A stretch of 64,000 nucleotides of DNA from an uncultured Pseudobdellovibrionaceae bacterium (GTDB taxonomy: Bacteria; Bdellovibrionota; Bdellovibrionia; Bdellovibrionales; UBA1609): positions 512,001 through 576,000 of the forward strand of contig CAWDNU010000004.1 in assembly GCA_963803705.1 (NCBI GenBank). The letters run 5' to 3'. Under the pieces are notes generated by a model. That model was not told the DNA's origin. It saw only the letters and a program-made list of their open reading frames with translations, and did no database searches. Position numbers and translations under genes: made by a program. Positions 40,465 to 50,365 of the stretch are shown in pieces. Every line of letters starts with the position of its first letter. Within the stretch, counting starts at the first letter, position 1.

Positions 40465-41439
40465 TTAAAACCAAGAGTTAAGACGTTCTAAGTTCTGTTT
40501 TAATTCATCTTTTAAATCTTTCATTATTTGATCGACCGACTGGACAGAGTCAATTTGCCCAACAGACTCACCCGCACTCCAAACATTTTTCCAGTTCCAG
40601 TCGTAGTTAAAGGTTTTTCTTAGCCACTTAGATGCTTTAGTCTTTCCTTGGTTTCGGGTCTCGATTAAAAAGATAAGCTTTTCTATAAGTCCTGGGCTTT
40701 TAAAAAGTGATTCTAACTCAGGTGTCCTAATTACTGATGCTGGTATACCAGTTAATTTCTGCGACTTTTGTATATTTTCAGATTTATACTTCATGACAGC
40801 ATTCTTATAGCCTTCAGAGGCTTCTGCTTCTACAGATGCAATAAAACGAGTACCGACGCTTACACCACTTGCACCAAGGGCCAGAGCCGATAAAATGCTA
40901 GCACCATTTGCAATGGCCCCAGCCGCAATAATTGGTTTGTCCGTCATTTTTTTTAATTCTGAAATCAAAGAAAATGGCGAATGGGGACCTGCATGCCCAC
41001 CTGCACCTGCGCAAACGGCCACGATGCCGTCGGCCCCATGGTCCAAAACTTTTTGAGCATGTTTAGTGTTAGTCACATCACAAAAAACAAGACCGCCGTA
41101 ACTTTTAACTTTTTCGATAACTTCTTTCGGTGATCCTAAACTTGTAATAAAAAATGGGACTTTATGCTTGGCACAAACATCTAGATCTTGCCGCCACCTT
41201 GTGTTCGATTTATGCACTATTAAATTTACGCCGTAGTTCTTGTCAGTCAGAGATTTAATTTTTGCAAGCCCTTGATCCAAAGCTTCTACAGTTCTAAAGT
41301 TTAGCGTCGGGATAGTTCCAATTCCGCCAGACTCTGTAGTGTGGACAACGATATCTATCGTACTAACAATAAACATCGGAGCTGCAATGATAGGTACATT
41401 GCAAGCTAGCATCTTAGTAAAATCGTTGTTAATTTCCAT
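40465..41439 (-). CDS. Nitronate monooxygenase / FabK-like flavin oxidoreductase
   Basis: PIIAAPM, GAGGHAG, AAGAI and GTRFIAS.E. Confidence 0.85.
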   Translation of the reverse strand: MEINNDFTKMLACNVPIIAAPMFIVSTIDIVVHTTESGGIGTIPTLNFRTVEALDQGLAKIKSLTDKNYGVNLIVHKSNTRWRQDLDVCAKHKVPFFITSLGSPKEVIEKVKSYGGLVFCDVTNTKHAQKVLDHGADGIVAVCAGAGGHAGPHSPFSLISELKKMTDKPIIAAGAIANGASILSALALGASGVSVGTRFIASVEAEASEGYKNAVMKYKSENIQKSQKLTGIPASVIRTPELESLFKSPGLIEKLIFLIETRNQGKTKASKWLRKTFNYDWNWKNVWSAGESVGQIDSVQSVDQIMKDLKDELKQNLERLNSWF

Positions 41440-41521
41440 ATGAGAATTATTATATAGCATCAATCTAACCCTGTGATGCAAAAATTTAAATTTTGAAAAC
41501 CTAGATCAAAGTCCATGATTA

Positions 41522-41703
41522 GACGTAAAGGTACTGAATTTAAGTTATATAGTTTTTTAAAGTTTTAATAACGGACACTTAAAAGTGAGCTCGGATTGTA
41601 GTATTTGCGAATGCAGATACTACAAACGTATGATCGAACCTTTTTAGTGTTCGTTATTAAAACTTTAAAAAACTATATAACTTAAATTCAGTACTTTTAC
41701 GTC
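41522..41703. repeat. Long inverted repeat (64-bp arms) enclosing a 13-bp inner hairpin; candidate structured ncRNA
   Basis: Arms 41522-41585 and 41640-41703 pair with 61 Watson-Crick, 2 G-T and 1 T/T positions; inner stem is 41596-41608/41613-41625. Confidence 0.9.
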
Positions 41704-41725
41704 AGACCTGGACCTTTGTTCGTCT

Positions 41726-41752
41726 TAATAAGATGTGTGTTAATTCCGATAA
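41726..41752 (+). promoter_or_regulatory. Possible sigma28 (FliA) promoter
   Basis: TAAT-N15-TCCGATAA versus consensus TAAA-N15-GCCGATAA, 45 nt before the response regulator. Confidence 0.3.
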
Positions 41753-41797
41753 ATCTTTAGGCATTTTAAAGATTTAGCTCTTCATAGGAGGGTAGTT

Positions 41798-42166
41798 TTG
41801 AAAATACTTTTAGCTGAAGACGACCCGAATATTTCGACAATTTCTAAAATGACTTTAGAAACTTTAGGTTCTCATGAAGTGCACACAGTAGATAACGGCG
41901 AAGCTGCATACCAAAGAGCTCTAGTTGAGACCTTCGATGTCATACTTCTTGATGAAATGATGCCTGGAATGAACGGTATTAAAGTGTGTAAAGAACTTAG
42001 GGCAAAAAAAATAAAAACTCCTATTATATTTTTAAGTGCTAAATCCCAATTGACTGACGTGGAAGTTTTCGAAGCAATTGGCACCGGTTTTATCCCAAAA
42101 CCTTTTGACCCAATGACCCTAAACGACCAGATTTTACAAATTCTGAAAGGCGATAAACTCTTGTGA
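41798..42166 (+). CDS. Single-domain response regulator
   Basis: LLAEDD, LLDEMMP and IPKPFDP; GGAGG RBS. Confidence 0.9.
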   Translation: MKILLAEDDPNISTISKMTLETLGSHEVHTVDNGEAAYQRALVETFDVILLDEMMPGMNGIKVCKELRAKKIKTPIIFLSAKSQLTDVEVFEAIGTGFIPKPFDPMTLNDQILQILKGDKLL

Positions 42167-43494
42167 GTTCAATCTTATTTAAAATACGTTTTTTCATTTT
42201 AGTTTCGGTTCTCGTTTTTGGTTCAAGCTTGCTGGTTTGCATAGACTCGTTCATTGAATGGCGGGATTCTTATGCAGAGCTTAAAGAGAGCTGGCAGATT
42301 GAAGCCTACCTAAAATCAATGCCTTACAACTCTCGTGACGCCGAAGTCCTAGTAACCTGGAGAAAACAGCTAAAGCCAAACTTCAGAAAAGAAGCTTTAA
42401 GCTCTATTATTCAAGCTATCAACAATCGACTGACACGGACCTACACTGAAAAGACTAAGTTTTTTATCAATCAAGAAGATGTTTACAGAAAATTTTTAGG
42501 AAAAAAGCTAGAAGCGCTTCGAAGTAAAATAATCTGGTGCTTATACTTGGTAATAGTGTGTTTTATTGTAGTCACTTTGTTTATGTCTATCTATGTTCAA
42601 AATTCGATATTTAGTCCTTTAAACAATCTATACTTACGGATGCTAGACTTTTTAAACGATAGGTATACTTACGAATTTAAGGCACCAGAAGCTAACGAGA
42701 TTGGTGATTTACAATCTACATTTAACTCGCTTGCACAACGAGTTATAAATAACATCGAAGAACTAAAAACTTTAGATAGTGCAAAAACAGAATTTCTAAA
42801 CATAGCAAGCCATGAACTAAGAACACCTCTGACTTCAATCAAGGGGTCACTAAGTCTTCTTAGAAACGGTGTCAGTGGTGAACTGAATGAAAACTCGTCG
42901 AAACTTCTTTTAATCGCAGAGTCAGAGACGGATAGACTGATTCGTTTGATAAACGACCTTTTAGATCTTGCAAAGATTGAAGCTAAAAAATTACCTTTAG
43001 ATGAAACATGGTATAAGATTGAATCCGTCATCAGCGAAACTTTTGAAAGTTTAAGAGGATTAACAGAAGCTACTAAGGTAAAACTAGTGATTAAAGATCA
43101 ACTTCCAATTGATGTTTTTATTGATCAGGATCGTATCCACCAAGTGTTAACCAATCTGCTTTCTAACGCTATAAAATACAGTCCCCATGCAGGTATTGTG
43201 ACAGTAAACTATTTTGTAAATGGTCACCATCAACTAGTTGTTGAAATATCAGATCAAGGGCGCGGCATAGCTCCCGAGGATCAAAAGCAAATTTTTGAAA
43301 AGTTTAGACAAGCTACCAATGACCGTAGTCCACTGGTTAAAGGAACGGGGCTGGGGCTAGCTATTGCCCGGGCCATCATTGAAGAACATGGTGGCGAAAT
43401 TAATGTTAAATCTTTACCAAAAAAAGGAAGCTCTTTTTATTTCACTCTACCCAAATGGAAGTACAGAAAAACGCGCCCTGGAGTTGCAGCATGA
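42163..43494 (+). CDS. HAMP-containing sensor histidine kinase
   Basis: Two TM, HAMP (EIGDL..TFN), SHELRTPL, NAIKYS and GTGLGL. Confidence 0.92.
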   Translation: MSSILFKIRFFILVSVLVFGSSLLVCIDSFIEWRDSYAELKESWQIEAYLKSMPYNSRDAEVLVTWRKQLKPNFRKEALSSIIQAINNRLTRTYTEKTKFFINQEDVYRKFLGKKLEALRSKIIWCLYLVIVCFIVVTLFMSIYVQNSIFSPLNNLYLRMLDFLNDRYTYEFKAPEANEIGDLQSTFNSLAQRVINNIEELKTLDSAKTEFLNIASHELRTPLTSIKGSLSLLRNGVSGELNENSSKLLLIAESETDRLIRLINDLLDLAKIEAKKLPLDETWYKIESVISETFESLRGLTEATKVKLVIKDQLPIDVFIDQDRIHQVLTNLLSNAIKYSPHAGIVTVNYFVNGHHQLVVEISDQGRGIAPEDQKQIFEKFRQATNDRSPLVKGTGLGLAIARAIIEEHGGEINVKSLPKKGSSFYFTLPKWKYRKTRPGVAA

Positions 43495-43850
43495 ACCTAG
43501 ACGAAATCTTGGCTAAGTTACAAAAAAAATATATTAAAAACATGCCTGATAAAATAAAAACAATGGATAAACTGATTCAAGTAGAAGACTTCAAATCCTT
43601 AAGAGAGGAATTCCACAAAATTAAAGGTACAGGCCGAACCTACGGATTAGCTGAAGTGTCTGACTTAGGAGCTCTTTTTGAAGAGATTTTAATTCTATCT
43701 GAATTTCAGCCAAAAATGAACTGGGCATTAGATGCTTATGACTTGTTCAAAGATATATACGATTCAAGGTCAAAAAATAAAGTTTTTAACATCGGTCGTG
43801 ACCCTAGATATAAAAACTTGCAATCAGCTCTGGAAACTTTAAAGAAATAA
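43491..43850 (+). CDS. Hpt domain protein
   Basis: FHKIKGTGRTYG..VS; ATGA overlap with the kinase stop. Confidence 0.78.
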   Translation: MNLDEILAKLQKKYIKNMPDKIKTMDKLIQVEDFKSLREEFHKIKGTGRTYGLAEVSDLGALFEEILILSEFQPKMNWALDAYDLFKDIYDSRSKNKVFNIGRDPRYKNLQSALETLKK

Positions 43851-43865
43851 GGTAAGTATAGGATC

Positions 43866-45239
43866 ATGTTTGACGAACTAAAAAAGATTCTATCTGCTGA
43901 CCAAATTATATTTGAATCCTCCGAACTTAAAAATTACGGTCAAGATTGGACAAAACTTTACGACCCAGATGCTTGCGTTTTATTGTTTCCAAAGACCACA
44001 ACAGATGTTCAAAAGATAGTTAATTGGGGCAATCACAATAAAGTTGGACTAGTTCCAAGCGGTGGGCGAACAGGGTTAAGTGGTGGCGCAGTCGCCTTAG
44101 ACAAAGAAGCTATAGTTTCTTTCGAGAAAATGAATAAGGTCATAGACTTCAACGAAGATGACTTATCGATCACTTGTGAAGCTGGTGCCATAACCAAGGA
44201 CATACAGAATTTAGCTGCTGATAAAGGATTCTTTTTTCCTGTAGATTTTTCGGCCACCGGTTCAAGCCAGATTGGGGGCAACATCGCAACCAACGCCGGC
44301 GGAATAAATGTTATACGATACGGAATGTTTAGAAATTGGGTCACCTCTTTAGAAGTTGTAACTGGCGAAGGTGAGGTGCTTCACATTAATAAAGGCCTTG
44401 AAAAGAACAACACAGGTTATGATTTAAAAAACTTGTTTATTGGTAGCGAAGGTACCCTGGGCTTTATAACTAAAGCCACTTTAAAGTTAACTAAACAGCC
44501 TTTAGACCCCCTTGTGTTTTTACTGGCCTGCGAAAGCTCCAAACATATTTTACCAATTTTAAAAGCCTTTAGGCCCCTAACCTTAAATGCTTTTGAGGTG
44601 TTTTCGGATTTAGGCCTAAGCTACGTTATGAAACACTCTAAATTACCCGCTCCGTTTCAAGAAAGACACCCAGTTTATATTATTGTAGATTTCGAAAGCC
44701 AACTAAATGAGACCGAAAAGGCTTTAGAAATTTTTGAAGACTTACTTGGTAAGGGCTTTATTTGTGATGGCGTATTAAGTCAGAATCAAGCCCAATATAA
44801 GGACTTATGGGGTTACCGAGAACATATTTCTGAAAGTATTTCTTCGCAGATGCCCTACAAAAATGATGTATCTGTAAAGACAAGCCGGATTCCAGAATTT
44901 ATAACCACAGCTGTAGACTACATTCAGACAGAGTTTCCTGGTTGCGAGGTCGTCTGGTTTGGGCACATCGGTGACGGCAACCTACACATCAATATTCTAA
45001 AACCTACAGATATGGACAAAGAGGATTTTAAAAAGATGTGTTCAGATAAAAGCCCAGTTTTATTCGATCAAATATCAAAATTTGAGGGAAGCATCTCAGC
45101 CGAGCATGGAGTGGGACTACTTAAAAAAAACCACTTACACTATACGAGGTCGCCAGAAGAAATTTTACTGTTCAAAAAGATAAAAAAAGTTTTTGACCCT
45201 AACGGAATCATGAATCCCGGTAAGCTGATTGCTGTCTAG
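43866..45239 (+). CDS. FAD-linked D-2-hydroxyacid dehydrogenase (D2HGDH/GlcD-like)
   Basis: PSGGRTGLSGG, GGNIATNAGG, GSEGTLG, GHIGDGNLH, SAEHGVG and DPNGIMNPGK. Confidence 0.88.
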   Translation: MFDELKKILSADQIIFESSELKNYGQDWTKLYDPDACVLLFPKTTTDVQKIVNWGNHNKVGLVPSGGRTGLSGGAVALDKEAIVSFEKMNKVIDFNEDDLSITCEAGAITKDIQNLAADKGFFFPVDFSATGSSQIGGNIATNAGGINVIRYGMFRNWVTSLEVVTGEGEVLHINKGLEKNNTGYDLKNLFIGSEGTLGFITKATLKLTKQPLDPLVFLLACESSKHILPILKAFRPLTLNAFEVFSDLGLSYVMKHSKLPAPFQERHPVYIIVDFESQLNETEKALEIFEDLLGKGFICDGVLSQNQAQYKDLWGYREHISESISSQMPYKNDVSVKTSRIPEFITTAVDYIQTEFPGCEVVWFGHIGDGNLHINILKPTDMDKEDFKKMCSDKSPVLFDQISKFEGSISAEHGVGLLKKNHLHYTRSPEEILLFKKIKKVFDPNGIMNPGKLIAV

Positions 45240-45269
45240 TTCACTTGCTTTGCTCGCTAGAACTTTTCC

Positions 45270-46583
45270 TTACATTAGATTAGGTAAAAGCAAAAAGCAT
45301 AAGGATGCAACTGCAGTTGGGAATATTGCCCACAATAAAAGGTTTAAAGGTTTTATTGTGTTATCTTCAAAGCAGCCTTTTAAAATACCGTAACCAGCTG
45401 GGTTTGGAGCGTTAGCAATAACAGTTAACCCTCCACCTGTAACAGCACCAGCAACTAAATAATATTTGGCTGTGTCAGAAAGATCTACTAAAGAACCCAA
45501 ATAAGTTAAGGCAGCATTGTCAGTGATAGCTGTAAGGCCTGTGGCTCCGAAATAAAGCGCTAAATCGCTCATGCTTACAAGTACAACTTGAAGCCACCAT
45601 TGTTGAATTGAGCCCAACACTACTAGGCCGCCTAGAAAAAAGCCAACCATCAGTGACTCTCTTAGTTTTACAGTGTTTTGGTATTCCTCGGTGATTTTCA
45701 AAAAACCAAGAAAAAACAGAAATAGTCCTCCAAAGAAAACCATATGGTGAGCTGTTGCAACCACCCCGGCTAAAAACAAGATATGGATTAAAAATATCCA
45801 CCAGGTTGGGTATATATGAAAAACATCATCTTTTGGCTTTACCATCTCCCCTGTGAGCTCTTTTTTAAATAGGGTAGAAATCACTAATGTGTTTATCAAA
45901 ATTGCAACAATAGCTTTCCAGCCAAAATTTAACATCATAAATTCAAAACCCCATCCATATTTGCTGGCTACCATAAGAACAGGTGGAGCTGCAAAATGAG
46001 TCAGGGTACCGCCGATCGAAACGTTAACAAATAACAAGCCCAAGGTAGCGTATTTAAATTTAACAGACATATTTTGACTATAAAAATAGTTTAACAAAAT
46101 TAAGGCAGTAACTGTCATCGAAGCTGGCTCTGTAATAAAGGATCCAAGTATTGGTCCCACAATTAAAGCAGATACATAAAAAGATTTTTTGGATTTAAAT
46201 GGCAAAATGTTAGCCACAAACTGAATGCTTTTTTCGGCCAAAATAATAATCGGTCGTGTAGCAGCCATGCACATAATAACGAATACAAATGCAGGTTCAG
46301 TGAAGTTCTGAGATTCTAGATAGTGAAGCGCCCCGCCAATGACTTTGTGATGAGACTCGTCGTAAATGGCAAAGCCATCTATTAAAGAATAAAAAACAAG
46401 AAATATGGCTGACCACAAACCAAAAACAATTTCGACATCACCCAACAGGTGGTAAAAATTCTCTCCGACTGACCCTTCGGGGTGATTGTGAGCTAGCTTC
46501 TGGAAATAGCTTGCAGTAAAAGTGTGTAGCACTGCAATTGCAAAACAAATTGTTCCAATGAGTTCTATAGACGATGGATTCAT
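45270..46583 (-). CDS. Putative Na+/H+ antiporter (DUF1504-like)
   Basis: GSFITEPA.MT, NVSIGGTLTHFAAPPVLMVA, TDNAALTYLGSL and GGGLTVIANAPNPAG. Confidence 0.8.
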   Translation of the reverse strand: MNPSSIELIGTICFAIAVLHTFTASYFQKLAHNHPEGSVGENFYHLLGDVEIVFGLWSAIFLVFYSLIDGFAIYDESHHKVIGGALHYLESQNFTEPAFVFVIMCMAATRPIIILAEKSIQFVANILPFKSKKSFYVSALIVGPILGSFITEPASMTVTALILLNYFYSQNMSVKFKYATLGLLFVNVSIGGTLTHFAAPPVLMVASKYGWGFEFMMLNFGWKAIVAILINTLVISTLFKKELTGEMVKPKDDVFHIYPTWWIFLIHILFLAGVVATAHHMVFFGGLFLFFLGFLKITEEYQNTVKLRESLMVGFFLGGLVVLGSIQQWWLQVVLVSMSDLALYFGATGLTAITDNAALTYLGSLVDLSDTAKYYLVAGAVTGGGLTVIANAPNPAGYGILKGCFEDNTIKPLNLLLWAIFPTAVASLCFLLLPNLM

Positions 46584-46803
46584 AGATGAAAGCCCTATTT
46601 TTGATACTTAAGTTGAAGCCTAAATTAGTTGTGAATACAGTTTGAGGGTTAAAAAGGATATAAGCAAACTGACGCTATGTTTAATTTGCGGTCCAAACTT
46701 GTTTTCTGTGAAGGTCTGTTTTCCAAGCTTAGTTTGGCGCTGACTTACAAAAAAATACACGCTACTCTTGAAGATTATATGGTTATGTTATCTATTGCAG
46801 AAA

Positions 46804-47190
46804 ATGAAATTAGAAAAAGTCTTACAGAATGAGTTTGCTAGATATCTACTAGTCAGTGTCCTTTCAATCCTTTCGAACTATTTAATCTTTGCACTTTCAC
46901 TAAAGCATTACGAATTAAATTATATTTTAGCATCAGCAGTGGGCTTTTTCGTTGGTACACTGTTAGGATTTGTTTTCAACAAAAGCTACACCTTCAACTA
47001 CAAACAAAAATTTAGGTGGAGTACCCTTGGTCTGTATATACTTGTAAGCATTTTAGCCCTACTTATAGGGCTTCTTAGTTTAGAATTGCTAAAGCACTAT
47101 GGCTATCACCAAATGATTTCAAATCTTGTTGCTATGACAATTTCTGTACTTTTAGGATACATTGGAATCAAAAAATTTGTCTTCTACTAA
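46804..47190 (+). CDS. GtrA family protein
   Basis: Four TM; FARYLLV...FVFNKSYTF...KKFVF. Confidence 0.8.
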   Translation: MKLEKVLQNEFARYLLVSVLSILSNYLIFALSLKHYELNYILASAVGFFVGTLLGFVFNKSYTFNYKQKFRWSTLGLYILVSILALLIGLLSLELLKHYGYHQMISNLVAMTISVLLGYIGIKKFVFY

Positions 47191-48380
47191 ATCAGCCTGG
47201 TCTTTATTGACGTCTCTAAATTTTTGATTTCTTCTAAAACTTTCGGTTTGGGCTTTCTCTCGATATCCATAGCTAGATAGCCAATCTGGCTATTTGTAGA
47301 CAGTTGTTGTCTAGAGATATTCACATCATGTTCTGAAATAATTTTGTTGATAGCGCCTAAAACCCCTGGAACATTCTGATGAACATTTAGTATTCTAAAT
47401 CCTTTTTCAATTGGTTGCAGATTTAGATTTGGAAAATTAACCGAACCGAATGAATCACCTGTTCTGATGAATTTTATCAAACTTTCGCTGACCTCTTGTC
47501 CAATCGCAACCTGAGCCTCTTCTGTGCTTCCGCCTATGTGAGGAGTCAAAATCACGTTACTCAGCTTCTGTAAATTTGATACAAATTTATCTTGATTGGC
47601 TTTTGGCTCTGTTGGGAAAACATCTAAAGCGGCCCCGGCCAAATGACCTGAAACCAAAGATTTTTTTAAGGCCTTCAAATCTACCACGGTGCCCCTACTA
47701 GCATTTATCAAAAAACTTCCTTTTTTCATTGTACTCAGTTCTTTTTCTGAAATCATGTCCTCAGTTTGGTCAGTTAAAGGCACATGTAGACTAATGAAGT
47801 CCGATTGACTAAGTAATTTCCTTAAAGTGCTTTCGGAAACAGCGTTACCTAACGGCAGCTTTTTCTGAATATCGTAATAATGCACCTTCAAACCTAATGA
47901 CTCTGCTATTACTCCTAACTGTGAGCCTATGTGCCCATACCCTACAATACCCAATTTTTTTCCACGCACTTCATGAGACCCAGTAGAGGACTTATTCCAC
48001 TGCCCCATATGCATCTGGAAAGCTTTTGTGAATAGTCCCCGAGCCAGAAGTATGATCTCAGCTATTACGAGTTCTGCCACGCTCCTAGTGTTCGAAAATG
48101 GAGCGTTAAAAACAGCAATACCAAACTGAGTGGCAGTTTTTAAATCAATTTGGTTAGTTCCAATGCAAAAAGCCCCGATCGCCTGTAGTTCAGCTGCAGC
48201 TCGCAAAACTTCGCTGGTGACCAATGACTTTGATCTAATACCCAAAACGCTTACCTTAAGCAAAAGTTTGGATAATTCTGGGCCGGTCTCCGACGCGGGG
48301 TGCTCGTAAACCTTTATTTGAGCATCTTCCAATTGCGTTTTTACGACCTTATGAACTTTTTCTAAAAGCAGTGCGTTCAT
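47187..48380 (-). CDS. serA: D-3-phosphoglycerate dehydrogenase
   Basis: FCIGTNQIDL, NAPFSNTRSVAE, GYGHIGSQ, TPHIGGSTEEAQ and a C-terminal ACT domain. Confidence 0.95.
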   Translation of the reverse strand: MNALLLEKVHKVVKTQLEDAQIKVYEHPASETGPELSKLLLKVSVLGIRSKSLVTSEVLRAAAELQAIGAFCIGTNQIDLKTATQFGIAVFNAPFSNTRSVAELVIAEIILLARGLFTKAFQMHMGQWNKSSTGSHEVRGKKLGIVGYGHIGSQLGVIAESLGLKVHYYDIQKKLPLGNAVSESTLRKLLSQSDFISLHVPLTDQTEDMISEKELSTMKKGSFLINASRGTVVDLKALKKSLVSGHLAGAALDVFPTEPKANQDKFVSNLQKLSNVILTPHIGGSTEEAQVAIGQEVSESLIKFIRTGDSFGSVNFPNLNLQPIEKGFRILNVHQNVPGVLGAINKIISEHDVNISRQQLSTNSQIGYLAMDIERKPKPKVLEEIKNLETSIKTRLI

Positions 48381-48442
48381 CGTTTTTAATGTCCTTGAAA
48401 GCTAGAGTTACAGGTAGAGTTATTATGAAAGCTAAGCTATAA

Positions 48443-48532
48443 GTTTTATAGGATTAGTGAGCGTAAGCAATCCTGGTCCTAAATTTTGTGGTTCATGACC
48501 AGGATTGCTTACGCTCACTAATCCTATAAAAC
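48443..48532. repeat. Perfect 36-bp inverted repeat with 18-nt spacer
   Basis: GTTTTATAGGATTAGTGAGCGTAAGCAATCCTGGTC at 48443-48478 and its exact reverse complement at 48497-48532. Confidence 0.95.
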
Positions 48533-48593
48533 CTGAAGCAAGCTGTGTCTATAAATTAAAATTCTGATTTAATACTAAGAGGACCTTGTTATT

Positions 48594-49520
48594 ATGTTCG
48601 ATCACTTTCTGATTTTTGATGCATTTTATTTGCAGAATTTCGCCTTTATTTTTGGCTTTTTAATTTTAATTGCCACTCCCCTTTATTTTTTAAAAGACAA
48701 AGGCGTTTATTATCAGACCTCTTGGTCTAGCGTTGTCAGTTGGTTCTACGTTTTACCTGCTATCTTTATTTTTTTTGCATTGCCAGAGCCTGGTCCCTTA
48801 GTAATCTTGGGTTTGATGTCTATCTACTCTTTGAAAACTTTTTTCCAGATGACCGGAATTTATCATCGATATTATTTCGTTAACTTAAGTTATTTGCTTA
48901 TCGCTCTTGGAACCTACCTTATTTTTATCGAGGACCGGGGTTTTTTCACCGCCCTACCAATGGTTGCACTTATGGGGTATATATTTGTCGCGATCTTAAG
49001 AAATAACTACGTTTACATGGTCCAATATATCGGGCTTTCATTGATAGGTTTTTCGGTATACGGATGGTTTTACCTGCACGGTGCCGAAATTTTGACTTTC
49101 AGCTTTGGCGTCTACACTTTAATTTACCTTTATGCTCTAAGCGAATTTTCTATCGCTCTTAGCTCTAGCCTAAGCTTAAGTTTTGGTAAAATTCCACTTA
49201 GAAATCGTATCAATTCTAAAATTAAGCTTGAAGGATTTGTTATTTCCACTGTTCTCACCGTTTTTATCGCTTGGATTTGGCGACGAATGATGCCGGTGGA
49301 ACTTCAAAGTGAGTGGCTAACGGTGGGTTTGATCTGCGCTATATTTTCGACTTTAGGGGATTTGACACTTTCTGTTATTAGAAAGGACTTAAAGATAAAA
49401 GATCATGGTGTGTTTATTATCGGTAGAAGTAATATTTTAAGCCGGGTAAATAAAGTAGTTTTTGTCTTCCCTGCTTACTACTATTTTGTAAAACTAGTCG
49501 AGATCAAGTCCAACTTTTAA
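48594..49520 (+). CDS. Phosphatidate cytidylyltransferase-like membrane protein (CdsA/YnbB family)
   Basis: Multi-TM; degenerate signature GDLTLSVIRKDLKIKD.G...GRSNILSRV. Confidence 0.7.
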   Translation: MFDHFLIFDAFYLQNFAFIFGFLILIATPLYFLKDKGVYYQTSWSSVVSWFYVLPAIFIFFALPEPGPLVILGLMSIYSLKTFFQMTGIYHRYYFVNLSYLLIALGTYLIFIEDRGFFTALPMVALMGYIFVAILRNNYVYMVQYIGLSLIGFSVYGWFYLHGAEILTFSFGVYTLIYLYALSEFSIALSSSLSLSFGKIPLRNRINSKIKLEGFVISTVLTVFIAWIWRRMMPVELQSEWLTVGLICAIFSTLGDLTLSVIRKDLKIKDHGVFIIGRSNILSRVNKVVFVFPAYYYFVKLVEIKSNF

Positions 49521-49543
49521 GTTCTAAAGCTGCAGGTTAAGCC

Positions 49544-50287
49544 ATGAAAATGAAAAATTGGAATTACGAAAACGAACAGTGGACTAAGCTTCCAAGCCAT
49601 CTAAAACATCTACCTTTATTTACTCGCCATAGGGATATTACCGCAGGGATTATCAGCATTGTTTGGGCCTTTTTTTTGAAATTCATAGGTTTTGGGCTAT
49701 ATATTCGACTTAAGGTTCATGGCTCGTTCAAAGAAATTTATAAAAAACACCCAAAACTTTTAATCATAAGTAATCACTCATCACACTTAGACGCTACCTC
49801 CATAACAGCCGCTGTGCCCTGGAGGTATTGGGGTGACCTGTATATTTCTGCTGCTAAAGACTACTGGTTTAGAAACCCGCTATTTACTTTTTTCTCAAAA
49901 TACTGCCTTGGTGCTATCCCAATCGATCGAAAAAAAAATAAGTCAGAGGCGGTAAATCTAATAAATTCGTTGCTGTCTGATTTGGACAGGATTTGGTTGA
50001 TTTTGTTTCCTGAAGGGACAAGGTCAAATGATGGATATGTTCACAGCTTCAAACGAGGCGTAAGCATATTTTCTGTTAGTTCGCAGACTCCTATTTTATT
50101 CTTATATATTGAAGGTAACTCTCGATTGTGGCCAAAAGGTCTGCTTTTGCCTCGCCCAGGGGTTTTAAATGTTCATATTGGGCCGGTTATACCACCCACC
50201 GGTGACATTGAAACCGTAAAGTCAGCCTACAAAGACTGGGTCCAAAGTATTAACCCAGAAGCATATGATGAACTTGACGATCAATAA
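49544..50287 (+). CDS. Lysophospholipid acyltransferase (PlsC family)
   Basis: NHSSHLD, AAKDYW and FPEGTRS. Confidence 0.9.
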   Translation: MKMKNWNYENEQWTKLPSHLKHLPLFTRHRDITAGIISIVWAFFLKFIGFGLYIRLKVHGSFKEIYKKHPKLLIISNHSSHLDATSITAAVPWRYWGDLYISAAKDYWFRNPLFTFFSKYCLGAIPIDRKKNKSEAVNLINSLLSDLDRIWLILFPEGTRSNDGYVHSFKRGVSIFSVSSQTPILFLYIEGNSRLWPKGLLLPRPGVLNVHIGPVIPPTGDIETVKSAYKDWVQSINPEAYDELDDQ

Positions 50288-50365
50288 ATTTTTTCGATGA
50301 ACAAAACAGTCATTGAAGCTTACCACGAACTTGACGGTCAGCAGAGACAGTCTTAAAGCTAGACT

